From the NCBI RefSeq assembly GCF_009914755.1, contig NC_060928.1: 64,000 nt of DNA. The stretch is one strand, 5' to 3'. Below, in pieces: positions 12,503 through 26,228 of this stretch. The position numbers and the translations under genes were made by a program. The notes under the pieces are model-generated. The model had not been told where the DNA came from. It worked only from the letters and a program-made list of their open reading frames with translations, and made no database searches. Within the stretch, counting starts at the first letter, position 1, and each line of letters opens with the position of its first letter. Source of the DNA: the human T2T-CHM13v2.0 reference genome, Homo sapiens.

Positions 12503-14900
12503 TTGCATCCTCCTCTTGTATACCCCCACCCTAACCCACAAGTATGGGATACCTCTACTCCCTCTTTGGCGACCGATCTTGCACCCCTTACCATCTCATT
12601 AAAACCTAATCACTGTTACCCCACTCAATGCCAATATCCCATCCCACAGCATGCTTTAAAAGGATTAAAGCCTGTTATCACTCACCTGTTACAGCATGGC
12701 CTTTTAAAGCTTATAAACTCTCCTTACAATTCCCCTGTTTTACCTGTCCTAAAACCAGACAAGACTTACAGGTTAGTTCAGGATCTGCTCCTTATCAATC
12801 AAATTGTTTTGCCTATCCACCCCATAGTGCCAAACCCATTTACTCTCCTATCCTCAATACCTCCCTCCACAACCCATTATTCTGTTCTAGATCTCAAACA
12901 TGCTTTCTTTACTATTCCTTTGCACCCTTCATCCCAGCCTCTCTTTGCTTTCACTTGGACTGACCCTGACACCCATCATGCTCAGCAAATTACCTGGGCT
13001 GTACTGCCGCAAGGCTTCACAGGCAGCCCCCATTACTTCAGTCGAGCCCAAATTTCTTCCTCATCTGTTACCTATCTTGGTGTAACTCTCATAAAAACAC
13101 AAGTGCTCTCCCTGCTGATCATGTCTAGCTGATCTCTCAAACTTCAATCCCTTATAAAACAACAACTCCTTTCCTTCCTAGGCATGGTTAGTGCAGTCAG
13201 AATTCTTACAAAAGAGCCAGGACCGCACCCTGTAGCCTTTCTGTCCAAACAACTTCACCTTACTGTTTTAGCCTAGCCCTCATGTCTCCGTGCAGTGGCT
13301 GCTACCACTCTAATACTTTTAGAGGCCCTCAAAATCACACACTATGCTCAACTCACTCTCTACAGCTCTCATAATTTCCAAAATCTATTTTCTTCCTCAC
13401 ACCTGACGCATATACTTTCTGCTCCCCAGTTCCTTCAGCTATACTCACTCTTTGTTGAGTCTCCCACAATTACCGTTGTTCCTGGCCCAGACGTCAATCC
13501 GGCCACCCACAGTATTCTGGATACCACACCTGACCCTCATGATTGCATCTCTCTGATCCACCTGACGTTCATCCCGTTTCCCCACATTTCCTTCTTCCCT
13601 GTTTCTCACCCTGATCACACTTGATTTATTGATGGCAGTTCCACCAGGCGTAATCACCACTCACCAGCAAAGGCAGGCTATGCAATAGTATCTTCCACAT
13701 CTGTTATTGAGGCGCTCTGCCCCCCTCCACTACCTCTCAGCAAGCCGAACTAGTTGCCTTAACTCAGGCCCTCACTCTTGCAAAAGGACTACGCATCAAT
13801 ATTTATATTGACTCTAAATATGCCTTCCATATTGTGTACCACCATGCGGTCATATAGGCTGAAAGAGGTTTCCTTACTACACAAGGGTCCTCCATCGTTA
13901 ATACCTCTTTAATAAAAACTCTGCTCAATACCGCTTTACTTCCAAAGGAAGCTGGGGTCATTCACTGCAAGGGGCATCAAAAGGTGTCAGATCCCATTGC
14001 TCCAGGCAATGCTTATGCTGATAAGGTGGCTAGACAAGCAGCTACCTCTCCAACTTCTGTCCCTCACTGCCAGTTTTTCTCCTTCACATCAGTCACTCCC
14101 ATCTACTCCCCTGCTGAAACTTCCACCTATCAATCTCTTCCCACACAAGGCAAGTGGTTCTTAGACCAAGGAAAATATCTCCTTCCAGCCTTGATTCTAT
14201 TCTGTCATCATTTTATAACCTCTTCCATGTAGGTTACAAGCTGTTAGCCTGTCTCTTAGAACCTCTCATTTCCTTTCCATCATGGAAATCTATCCTCAAG
14301 GGATCACTTCTCAGTGTTCCATTTGCTATTCTACTACCCCTCAGGGATTGTTCAGGCCCCCTCCCTTTCCTACAGATCAAGCTCAGGGATTTGCCCCTGC
14401 CCAGGACTGGCAAATTGGCTTTACTCACATGCCCCAAGTCAGAAAACTAAAATATCTCTTAGTCTGGGTAGACACTTTCACTGGATGGGTAGAGGCCTTT
14501 CCCACAGGGTCTGAGAAGGCCGCCGCGGTCATTTCTTCCCTTCTGTCAGACATAATTCCTCAGTTTGGCCTTCCCATCTCTCTACAGTCTGATAACGGAC
14601 AAGCCTTTACTAGCCAAATCACCCAAGTGCTTTCTCAGGCTCTTGGTATTCAGTGGAAACTTCATATCCCTTACCATCCTCAATCTTCAGGAAAGGTAGA
14701 ACGGACTAATGGTCTTTTAAAGACACACCTCACCAAGCTCAGCCACCAACTTAAAAAGGACTGGACAATACTTTCACCACTTTCTCTTCTCAGAAATCAG
14801 ACCTGTCCTCAGAATGCTACAGGGTACAGCCCATTTGAGCTCCTGTATGGACGCTCCTTTTTATTAAGCCCCAGTCTCATTCCAGACACCAGACCAACTT
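12503..14900 (+). pseudogene. pol: HERV-H pol remnant (RT N-part, RNase H, integrase)
   Basis: SPYNSPVLPVLKP, YSVLDLKHAFF and WAVLPQGF in 12503-13132, jumping to VTYLG with no YxDD; RNase H motifs (FIDGSS, IYIDSKYA, HCKGHQ); integrase ORF 14282-15040 with DWQIGFTHM, SDNG and SSGKVERTNG. Confidence 0.9.
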
Positions 14901-15489
14901 GGACTGTGCCCCAAAAAACTTGTCATCCCTACTATCTTCTGTCTAGTGATACTCCTATTCACCGTTCTCAAGTACTCATACATGCCCTGCTCTTGTTTAC
15001 ACTGCCGGTTTACACTGTTTCTCCAAGTCATCACAGCTGATATCTCCTGGTGCTATCCCCAAACTGCCACTCTTAACTCTTGAAGTAAATAAATAATCTT
15101 TGCTGGCAGGACTATGCTGAATCTCCTTAGGCACTCTCTAATTAGATGTCCTGGGTCCTCCCAATTCTTAGACCTTTAATACCTGTTTTTCTCCTTCTCT
15201 TATTCCGTTTAGTTTTTCAACTCATACAAAACCATATCCAGGCTATCACCAATAATTCTAAATGACAAATGTTTCTTCTAACAGTCCCACAATATCACCC
15301 CTTACCACAAAATCTTCCTTCAGCTTAATCTCTCCCACTATAGGTTCCCACGCCACCCCTAATCCCACTCAAAGCAGCCCTGAGAAACATCGCCCATTAT
15401 CTCTCCATACCATCCCCCAAAATTTTCGCCATCCCAACACTTTACCACTATTTCATTTTATTTTTCTTATTAATATAAGAAGACAGGAA

Positions 15490-15902
15490 TGTCAGGCCTC
15501 TGAGCCCAAGCTAAGCCATCATATCCCCTTGACCTGCACGTACACATCCAGATGGCCGGTTCCTGCCTTAACTGATGACATTCCACCACAAAAGAAGTGA
15601 AAATGGCCTGTTCCTGCCTTAACTGATGACATTATCTTGTGAAATTCCTTCTCCTGGCTCATCCTGGCTCAAAAGCTCCCCTACTGAGCACGTTGTGACC
15701 CCCACTCCTGCCCGCCAGAGAAGAACCCCCACTTTGACTGTAATTTTCCTTTACCTACCCAAATCCTATAAAATGGCCCCACCCCATCTCCCTTCGCTGA
15801 CTCTCTTTTCGGACTCAGCCCGCCTGCATCCAGGTGAAATAAACAGCCTTGTTGCTCACACAAAGCCTGTTTGGTGGTCTCTTCACATGGATGCACATGA
15901 AA
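15490..15902 (+). promoter_or_regulatory. 3' LTR7, preceded by purine-rich PPT (aagaagacaggaa)
   Basis: 413-bp direct repeat of the 5' LTR; AATAAA at ~15838; followed by TSD CTATA. Confidence 0.95.
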
Positions 15903-17599
15903 CTATATATAGCCGTGAAAATGTTGTGATTTATTTTTGATGACAATGTATGTATTATCTTCTCAAATATAACTCTCAATCTGAAATTTCCGTTAAAGTT
16001 CTTTAACAGAGCACTGTATAATTTTAAAACATCTTTAATTTTCAGTTCACTATCTGCCAACTTGTCTCTTTCTGAACTCATAACTTTTACAAATGATGAA
16101 CTTTAATTCCTACTATGGCCATATTATTACATGCATATTCATTTATTGCAATTTTGTGTCATAACATTCGAAATTATCCACATCAATTTTGACTCACTCA
16201 TTACTTTAGCATTCTAGCCAATTAAATATGTAATATATACTTGATAATGTTTTATTACCGGGTAACATATAAACAACAAAAAATTACAATGTTTTACAGT
16301 TAGAGAGAGATAGAAAGAGAAACTTCAATAGAATAGAGTGGAAGCCTGGAAGAAGGATCATTTAAATGCATCTGCAAACGAGTCAGTAGGACTTGTGGGG
16401 AGGTTAGGCAATGCGGAAACATGACATGAAAAGAAATGGAAAGCAGTATTCCAGTTACTCAAAGGGACAAATACAGAGGAATAGAAACATGATGTAATAT
16501 GTCACACTAAGGAACAGCGAACTCCAGTGTCTCTGGAATGGAGAGAAAAAGGTTGGATATGAAACTGCGTGGATGGGCATTAATGATCTCAAGAAGCATG
16601 TTTATGTCATACTCAGGCAATTATATTCAGCTTGACATCAGGAGGAAAACAATTTTGAGTTGGAGATGACCTTGTCACAATGTCATCTCGCAAAGATCAG
16701 AGAGGTGGTATTACTAAATCTGTTCAAAGTTGGGTGCAGGGGCAAATGAGAACAGGAATCAGATTATGAAATTAGTGTAAAAGCTCATAAAAAGAAAGAT
16801 GCATCTAAAATATTCAAGAGAGGGATAAAATGTAACAGAGTTTGGAGTAGAATCATCAAGTTTTTATGATTACTTGCACAGTGATTGGCCATGTAAATGT
16901 GAGAAAAATCTAGGAATCCATATTACAGTCTTGAGAAGCCACTAGCTTTTCTGAAAATTAACTGGTAAAGGAGAGATGTGGTCAAAGAGCGAGTTACTGT
17001 TTTGAACATATTGGAATAGAGGTTGCCGGGAGTGGGGGGAAAGTTTAAAAGGACATATCCAGAGGTTTAGGGTTGAGATGAGAATTTAAGAATGGTAAGT
17101 GTATATCTGGTAAACTTTTGTTGTTCATGGGACCATGTAAATGGAATCTGAAGTATTAGAAGTGAAAAGGCCAAGAATATTACCTTAGGGAGGAACTGGG
17201 GGTAAAACGAATTCTCTCATTTAAAGGGTTATTTGAAAAAGAAAAGCCCATGAAGAAAACTGAAAATTGATATCCAGGGAGTTATGAAAGAACCATAATA
17301 GAATGATGTCAATTTGTTATATTTTTTAACCTTTACAACAATTACATTGTTCTTGATGACTAAGATCATTAGTCTAATAACTATAATTAGTTATAATTAT
17401 GCAAAATGGGAGTGTAATTTAATGTGCTATTTACTGTTCTCAAAAGATCTCGTTAATAGTGTTTATGAACAGTGTTTTTCTCCATCTTTAGACCATCTCT
17501 AAGGTCCTTCCAGATACACACCTAGGATGCACATGAACTCATGCTATATTTAGAATCATAGGTTTATTCCTAAAAATGCAAGTGATGTACACAGAACAT

Positions 17600-17790
17600 T
17601 ATACATAATAGTTGCTGAAAAAATCCATGAGGCTTTTTTAGCCTAACAGTCATTTTATAGATGAGTAAATCAAAGTCCAGAAATGATAATTCAAAAAGTC
17701 CAAATGTCTGTGTAGTTAGAGTTGGGGTTGAAACAGAGATGCACTTATTTTCTATTTCATTATCCATATTTTTTTCACAATATTGCACTA
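17600..17790 (+). mobile_element. MIR fragment
   Basis: cattttatagatgagtaaatcaaagtccagaaatg resembles the MIR core; strand uncertain. Confidence 0.5.
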
Positions 17791-18483
17791 CCTACTCCTA
17801 GGCAATTGGGAAGATTTTCAAATTAACTTGTCTTCAGTGATAACAATAGAAACTATTAAATGCAATGTGCCTTTTAATTATATCATAAATTTGCATTATG
17901 CCAAACACCTATTTTTTTGTTTGTTTGTTTTCACTTAATGAGCTGTTTTAGTACTACATGACATAGATGACTCAGATCTTTTCAAATAATCTTCCAGTCT
18001 CTGTAGTCATCCATGAATGGCAGGATCAGCACTTTTTTTTAGGAACTTAAGTTATAATATACTACTATTGCAAAATACGTAGTCAGCATTATGTTTGTAT
18101 TTCTCCTATTTATATTCTATATGTATCTATATTTCTGAGTGTATTGAAAAAAATCAACATTAGGAAGATACAGGGATGAGGGTGTAGGAGAAAATTTGCT
18201 AAGCTAATGCTATGTACGATACTTGTCAGTTGGTCACCTATATCTCCACATTAGTGCCTTAGTTAATGTGCAGATTCACTGTGCACTTTTCATTTTATAT
18301 ATCATTTTCAAGTGTATTATATTTTGTTCTTTGATTATATGGCTCTTTATGTATAAATTAGAGATAATAATATCTGAATACTTAGGATTGCTAGAAGCAC
18401 CTAATAAAACTGAAAATTATCTGTAGTTGTTTCCTAGGCTTCTTCTCTGAATTATGCCTTTTATCACACATAAGAGTTGCATC

Positions 18484-18645
18484 AGCTGGGCCCGGTGGCT
18501 CATGCCTGTAATGCCAGCACTTTGGGAAGCTGAGGACAAACCTGGGAGTCAGAGGCAGAGGTTGCAGTGAGCAGAGATTGCACCACTGCACTCTAGCCTG
18601 GGTGACAAAAGCAAGACACTGTCTCAAAAAAAAAAAAAAAAAAAG
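18484..18645 (+). mobile_element. Monomer-sized hybrid Alu (left-arm head fused to right-arm tail)
   Basis: ggtggctcatgcctgtaatgccagcactttgggaagctgagg joins directly to aacctgggag...gaggttgcagtgagc...gtctc(A)n. Confidence 0.88.
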
Positions 18646-19169
18646 AAGGTATTTATTGAACAGATATGTATGAGACACTAGGAATATAATATGAAAAAAG
18701 ATATTTACAGATAGGCTTAATTAAAAGATTAGAAATATATTTAAAAAAATATTAACAATGGTCATACTGTTTACTTTGTTGTACATGTCTATATGTTTGA
18801 ATATAAACCCATAATGTCTTTGTAATTAAGAAAAAAATTATTAAATTTATATATAAAGAAAACTGACTTCCAAATTCTCTTTCACCTTTCATTTTTATAC
18901 TCCATCCTTTCTATGGCCTTTCCCTCTCAAAGACTCATTTATAGTCTTAAGACTTTATGAATACAATTTTAAGTGAAGGATTCGTTAGAAAAGAGAAGGA
19001 TAACACATTTATATTATTGCTGCTTGCAAGTATTTCTATTAATTTATATTTATGAATTATTCATAGTATTAAAACTATGAAACTACAAATTCCTGTTTTT
19101 AAGGCATTTTTTAAAAAATAAAATTAATCTTCTTTATTCTATAATACTTTAACATTTCTCATGACTAAG

Positions 19170-19340
19170 GTAGTTTTTCTCTAAATCTGCATTTGCAAAC
19201 CTAGCTGCACAATAAAATTACTTGAGGAGCTTTTAAAAATGTCTTGCCCTGGGCCCTACCTTTAGATATTTTAAGTCAGCCATTCTGGGGCCAGTTCGGA
19301 AATCCATAGTTCTAGGCATTCTTCTCAGATTTGCGTGCTT
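19170..19340. mobile_element. MER5-like hAT DNA transposon remnant
   Basis: caaacctagctgcacaataaaattacttgaggagcttttaaaaatg...gggccctacc resembles MER5. Confidence 0.45.
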
Positions 19341-19562
19341 AATAATTCCATTCTTTAGAAGTGATCCACCTTTCACCTATGAATAATATCATCGGTACCT
19401 TTAAACAAATTGTAAGGTGAGTGTTTCTAAAAATTGACATAATTGAAGCTAAGCTGGTATTAGGGAAACTTACAAAGTCATTTCTACCACTCTTTCTACA
19501 TAACTTGCATTGTTCTAAAAAGTACTCAGCAAAATTATGAAGATATTCTAGCCCCACAGTTA

Positions 19563-19923
<361 letters not shown>

Positions 19924-20286
19924 TCAGTCCCACAGGACAGTAGCTTTGTTTTTAAATGATACAAATTATTTAAAATATTTGTAGTATGAGGTACTCTTCA
20001 TACTTTAGAAAGTACATGTATTTTGCAGCACTTTTAAATACATTGATTATTAAAATATTATTGTTAACTAATAATTATTGATAGAGATAAATGAACATAA
20101 TATATAAATGCAAACCATGTTAGCAATTATAAATAGTATAATGGAAAACATATTTTTCACTCAACTATTTTTAAAGGTATTTTAATGGGAGAAAATTTTT
20201 AGTAAAGATGCAGTTGAATAAGAGTCTAATTTTATTTCATTAAGATTTTTTTCTAAAGGCATAATTTGGATTTGAAAAAATAAATT

Positions 20287-20591
<305 letters not shown>

Positions 20592-21611
20592 GAAAAAATA
20601 AATTAACTGTAAAAGTACATATAAACATGGAGATATATAAAATCATAAAAGGAGGGAGATCAATCTTCTTTGAACGTTTCTCTGTTATACAAAAAAAAAA
20701 AACCCTCACTATATTCAAGTCTATGTACTTATAAAAACTAAAAACAAAATGTAGGATTCTTATACCTAAGCTGAAAGCATTTTTATAAACTGCATTTTAT
20801 ATGTTTGTTCAGAGGAACTTCATAAATGTCCAAATACTTAAATGCACCATCTAATAAAAATATATGTTACAAAAAAGAATATTGAGTAGGAGTACTCTGA
20901 ATTCTCTGTTGCTTTAAACACAAGATATATAATTCTATCAATCTACATGATATACATGCCACACTATACCATCTTTATCATCAAATGGGTAAAAATACCA
21001 TCTTTACACTGTTTCTGTGCTTCCAAGCCTCTAAGAAGCTTTTGAGTTTTTATGATTTTATGTTATCATTGAGATGGTAGAATAAAGTAAGGTGAATATT
21101 TAAAAGTAACATAATATCCTATTTTCTGTTTATTCTACTCATCCTCATAATAAAACAGCTAATACATTCTGAAATATTTCAGGTTGTAAAGAAAGTTTAT
21201 TTTTCACCACGTTGATGTAACTTGTTTGAGAAGTGTCTATCAAGAAAAAAATAGGAAAAATGAATGAAATTTATATTAAAAATTCTGTAACTCAGAATAG
21301 GAATATACAAAGGCTGTAAGTCAAAATATGATTGATACAGTATCCTTTAATCCTTATTATCCTTTGAAATAGAGATCCTAGATAATACCTGTTAAAAATT
21401 TGATGAATCAATTATTCATGTTTTTCTAATTACTATTTTTGCCTGTACATTTGCTATATTTTTCACCATAGATGAACTGTTTCTAATACTCACATGAAAT
21501 AAAATTATCCCAAAGAATCTGTTTTTCTAAATTTTTCAGCTTCTTCCAATTTAGTTACGCTTACAAATAAATTCATCTTCTGTCCACAAGTAGCATATGC
21601 TTTCAAAGGAC

Positions 21612-21760
21612 AAAATTTCTTGGCTGTAAACATTCTCCAAGCACCAGAAAATGTCTTGGCTGTGAACGTTCTCTAAGCACTGCCATTTATACAGGCAAGT
21701 GATTTGGAAATGAAAACTTCTATGATACAGACAAATGATTTGGAAATGAAAATTTCTATG
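21612..21760. repeat. Two adjacent 36-bp tandem duplications
   Basis: A units at 21612 and 21648; B units at 21689 and 21725. Confidence 0.85.
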
Positions 21761-21984
21761 TGACAGAATGTACATTTCGAATAAAGTTTTTACAGTTTTG
21801 ATTTGCTTTCTATATTCAAAAGCTATGCTACACAATCAGACATACTGATCTACTCCCAGTGTCCTCCCTTGTTAATATTTAGACATTCTCAGTGGTCTCA
21901 TGTGTTAGAGTTATCTAAAAGCATAGGAAATTTGAATTTTGTTTTGTTGCATTTTTAAATTTCATTCAGTGTTTAAATTACGTG

Positions 21985-22245
21985 TCTTGGAGGATGGGGA
22001 AAGATTAGTCAACAGGTACAAAGTTACAATTAAATAGAAATAAGTTCTGGTTTTGTGTTGCCCAGTAGGGTGATGATGGTTATTATTAAGAGTGAGGTAT
22101 TGTATTTTACAGAATAGCTTGAGGAGAGGCTTTTGAATGTTCTCACCATAGAGAAATTATAAATGCCTTATACAACACACATATGTATCAAAACATCAAA
22201 TTGTATCCCTAAATTATGTACAATTACAATGCATCAATTACAATA
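21985..22245 (+). mobile_element. L1MA-type 3'UTR fragment
   Basis: caacaggtacaaagttacaattaaatagaaataagttctgg...ttttgaatgttctcaccat. Confidence 0.65.
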
Positions 22246-25200
22246 AGACTCATATAGTAATCACAGTTTAAATGAATGAAAGAAAAGTCTCAAAACCATA
22301 ATTAGAGCATCAGACTAGGAGATATGTTTGTATGGAAATGTTAACTTATTTTTCAGGCTATCCAGGTGTCAGCCCCATAATTAAGGAAGGGCAGCAAAAG
22401 GTTTCCCTGTCCTCAAATTAAGGCTATAAGTAAGTATTTATTGAGCATCCAACTTTAGCCTCGCAGTTAATTTCTTCCTTGGAAGTCTCTAAGAATGTTT
22501 AAACAAACAATTTGCTGGGCTCATAAATCAGAACATCTACATTATGTCAAGTTTTTCTTTAAAATATTTCTAAATTTTATTTATAAGTGGCAAAAACCCT
22601 GAGATCTCTCTATAGTGAAATATTATATTCACAGAATAAGTGATTAGATTAACCACAAAGCTGTTATGAACATTTCCTGAATTGTGTTTATTTTAAGCCT
22701 GTATCAGATACATTGATCCACTTAAAAATAGAACCAATGCATTTTCTTATAAGTTCAGCATTAATTATCATGGTAAAGACAATCTACTGATTCATATCAA
22801 ACATGAGACAAAATGAAACTGTTTAGACCTATTTTTCTTTTATATTCACAAAACTACAGTTTTGTGAAATCCATAACATTTTTGGTTTGTGATTACACAG
22901 TAATTATAAGACAGTGAGACCTATTCTGCAACCCCACAGGAAATTGTACTAATATATTAGAATTATAGACAACAAAAAAGAAAAAAGAAATAAAGGGAGA
23001 GAGAGGAAAGAAGAGAAGAATGGAGGAAGAAAACTACAGGTAGAAGTAATTCAGGGCATGTAAAAAAAAAAGTGGAAGAAAAAACTCACTTATATTTTTT
23101 ACCTAGGCCATCTGGATAAATTAACATTTTGTATATGTATACATTTTATGAACAATAGAAAATATTTATTACATATAAGTAAGGCTTATTTTGGCCAAAT
23201 ATCATAAGGAAATTGAAAAATAACAGTGACTGAAAACCCAGAAGCAATAAAGGACAGAAAAAAATATAAACTTTGCTACATAAAATTTAAGAACAGTTTA
23301 TACAACAAAAAAAAAATGAAGAAGTCAAAGGGCAAATAATACATTGGGGCCATTTTTGTAGTATCCTTAAAATATAAAAGTTTTAAAAATAGTTTAAAAG
23401 ATTCCAAAAATCTTATAGAATAAATAGCAAAACGTATAAATAAACAAGTCATATGAATACAAATGATCCTTATACCAATGTGTGTGTGAAAAGCTACACT
23501 TTAACTATAAAAACAAATTTGATTAAAAATGACATCTGGGATGTCTTGAGCATTTATTATGTACCAGGCCATTAGGCACGTTGCAGAAACTGTTTTATAT
23601 ATTCCTCAATCTTGTGAGATTGGTACTATTCACATGCATGTTTTACAGTGGAGAAAACTATAGTCTAGAGAGGGTATTTCATAAGCTTGACCAAATTTAA
23701 AATACAAGGAATATGACATTTAAAATACAAGGCATCTCCTTATATTTGATTTGTTCAAAATTCCCTCATGTAGAAAAGATAGATTAGCTATACTTTTACA
23801 TATTCCTTCCACAAAGTACAGCTAAAATTCCTGGAACTTACATATAAATCAAACAAAAGCATACTGTAAAAGGGAAGAAAAGAAGGCAGACTGCTTAGAG
23901 ATCTTGGGACCCACGGAATGACAGAATAGGCAGTTCCCCTTGTTTTCTTTTTACCTCATATATCACAGACTCAATGTATGCTGGAGAAGTCATTCAACCA
24001 GTAAACACCAATGTGTGCAGACTAAAACAAAGAAACAAACTAAAAGCAAGAGAAACTCATTTTGTTTTCCTAAAACACCAAGCTTGAAGGGCAAAAAAAC
24101 TATGCATACAATGACCATTCTCCTCAAGCCCCACACCACAGAAACACCTTCAACCACCATTTCCTCCCTTTGCCAGCGAAGGCCTGTCTAGCATACATCA
24201 TCCATGTCCATGCATGTCCTGCTTTAATAAATGCTCCAAATGACCCCTCAACCTATGGAGGTGGTGTCCAAAGAGACAGCGTGACAAGTGAATTTTTTAT
24301 CCCCGCCAAGCAGTAACGAGTTCTGCTACCTTTGTCCCGAAGTGTTATTTCCCAAAGGTGGGAGGGGCAGTCCAGCCTCTGCTCAGGGTCATCCACCAGA
24401 CTTAGAAAAACAAAAGCAAAGAAACCTTCCATCCAATGCTGGTTTTGAATGCTTGTAAATGTCTCTTGATGAAATGTATTTATACAAACAAGTAAAAAAG
24501 TAATCCATATTTAGTACTTATTACTATTATTTCTATGTTGTTATGTACAAAGCTTTTAAAATTTTGTTTTAAAAAGCAATGATTAGCTACTTTGATTGGT
24601 ATATTGTGGGGAATATATGTATATATATATGTATGTATGCTCATGCAAATCACACAAATATATATAAATATATTTATAAGACTTTTGGAAGTCTCAAGAC
24701 TGTCATATATGACTATAACTATTTTAATGATATATAAACAGATGGTTGTGGTTTTGAATAAATTTTCAAGTGCTCACATCATGCATGGATTTTAAAACCA
24801 CCTTATATCAACTATCTCTAATGGAGGAAAACATGAGTTGTACTTTGTAAAATTATTTTGGTTATTCAAGTGGCTCATGTAATAATGAAGAAGTGGATGG
24901 GAAAGATGAATGTAATGTTTTTTGCATGAACTGTAGTCATAGATAAAAGCAATATGACAAACAATATATTATACCTGCTATCATGTAATTATCGCTGGTA
25001 TTTTTTCCTATATTTTCCCATACTAGAAAGTAATTTCTGTAAGCTCCAAATTATACCTTCTTCATTTTTTTCCTTTCTAATATATACAGTTAGGACCTAA
25101 TAAACGCATTTAATGAATATACTAATTCATTTTCCTTGATAAAAGTGCCATTTGAACTTAATGAAAAACGACAACAAAATTGTTTTACTTCTAAGGACGG

Positions 25201-25529
25201 CACCAAGCCAGGAGCCTGGGCACTTGTTGCAGGTTCCCCAAGTACAAAGTAAAGCACCTAGTCCAATGCCTGGTATAAAGTGGGAGTGCAGGAAGTGTGT
25301 AGTGAAGAAGACAGCTCTGGATGCTAAGGAGATTGCTCTTGGCATTCTTCCATGCCTTGATCATCCTTAAGGGTAGGCCAGATTCTAGGGATTGGCATCT
25401 ACCTCAAATAGGAATCACCTAGAACATTATAAAGTCACCAGAATGGGGAAAGGAAGGCTAGAAGGGCTCAAAGAACCAAACTAACCCTCATCGTTATTCT
25501 GCTGAAGAAGAGCCATAGTCTGTCTGTAA

Positions 25530-25920
25530 GTATGTGGTGTGTGGGGGAAAGATCTTTAGAATAGACTTCAGAAAACCCGGAACCCCTTATTAGTCTTGGA
25601 TCTCTGGGCCTTCTTCATCTATACAATCAGCAGACTGAGTTAAGAAATCTCAGAGGTTCCTTTTTGCTTTGGCATTCTGTGGAATTGGGATGATTACTAT
25701 TAATCAGAATACTAACCACCACTTGTCAGATACTCATTGCGTGTTTGACATGATGCTAAGTACATTATTCTTTTATTTAGGCCTCATAACAACCCTATGA
25801 GGTAGATACTCTTATTGTCATTTCATGTTTTACAAAAAGGAAGGCCACACAGAGGTCGAGGGTGCAGTTAAGACTCAAATCCAGATCTGTCTAAATCAAA
25901 GGCCTGCTTCTTTACTATTA
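25530..25920. mobile_element. Two MIR fragments
   Basis: tctctgggccttcttcatctatacaat and cctcataacaaccctatgaggtagatactcttatt...actcaaatccagatctgtct resemble MIR. Confidence 0.55.
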
Positions 25921-25944
25921 TTATTTGATTAGTATATTTATATA

Positions 25945-26228
25945 TTTATTTTAAAAATAATTTATTGAGGTGAAATTTACAAAATACCAAACTAGTCATT
26001 TTAAAGTGAGTAATTCAGTGACAATTAGGATATTCCCAATGTGTAAAATCACCACCTCTATCTAACTACAAAACATTTTGGTTTCTCCAGAGTAAAAAGC
26101 TATACCTTAATCAGTTTCTTCACATTACTCCTTACCTCAGACCCTGGTAACCGCCAATGTGGGTTCTGTCTTTATGGATTTAACTATTCTGGCTATTTTA
26201 TACAAATAGAATCATATAATATGCATGG
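25945..26228 (-). mobile_element. L1MB-type 3' end
   Basis: tttattgaggtgaaatttaca...ctgtctttatggatttaactattctggctatttta...gaatcatataatatg. Confidence 0.65.

Larger units (their letters stand above)
9678..15902 (+). mobile_element. HERV-H provirus with two LTR7 LTRs, internally deleted form (RT core and env deleted), 6225 bp
   Basis: Two ~413-bp LTRs starting TGTCAGGCCTCTGA; perfect 5-bp TSD CTATA (9673-9677, 15903-15907); His PBS; gag zinc knuckle, pro, RT, RNase H and integrase remnants; polypurine tract before the 3' LTR. Confidence 0.97.

Noticed and set aside
9678-15902. Replication-competent or env-coding provirus
   Set aside because: gag is disrupted, the protease active site and RT YxDD are lost, and env is almost entirely deleted.
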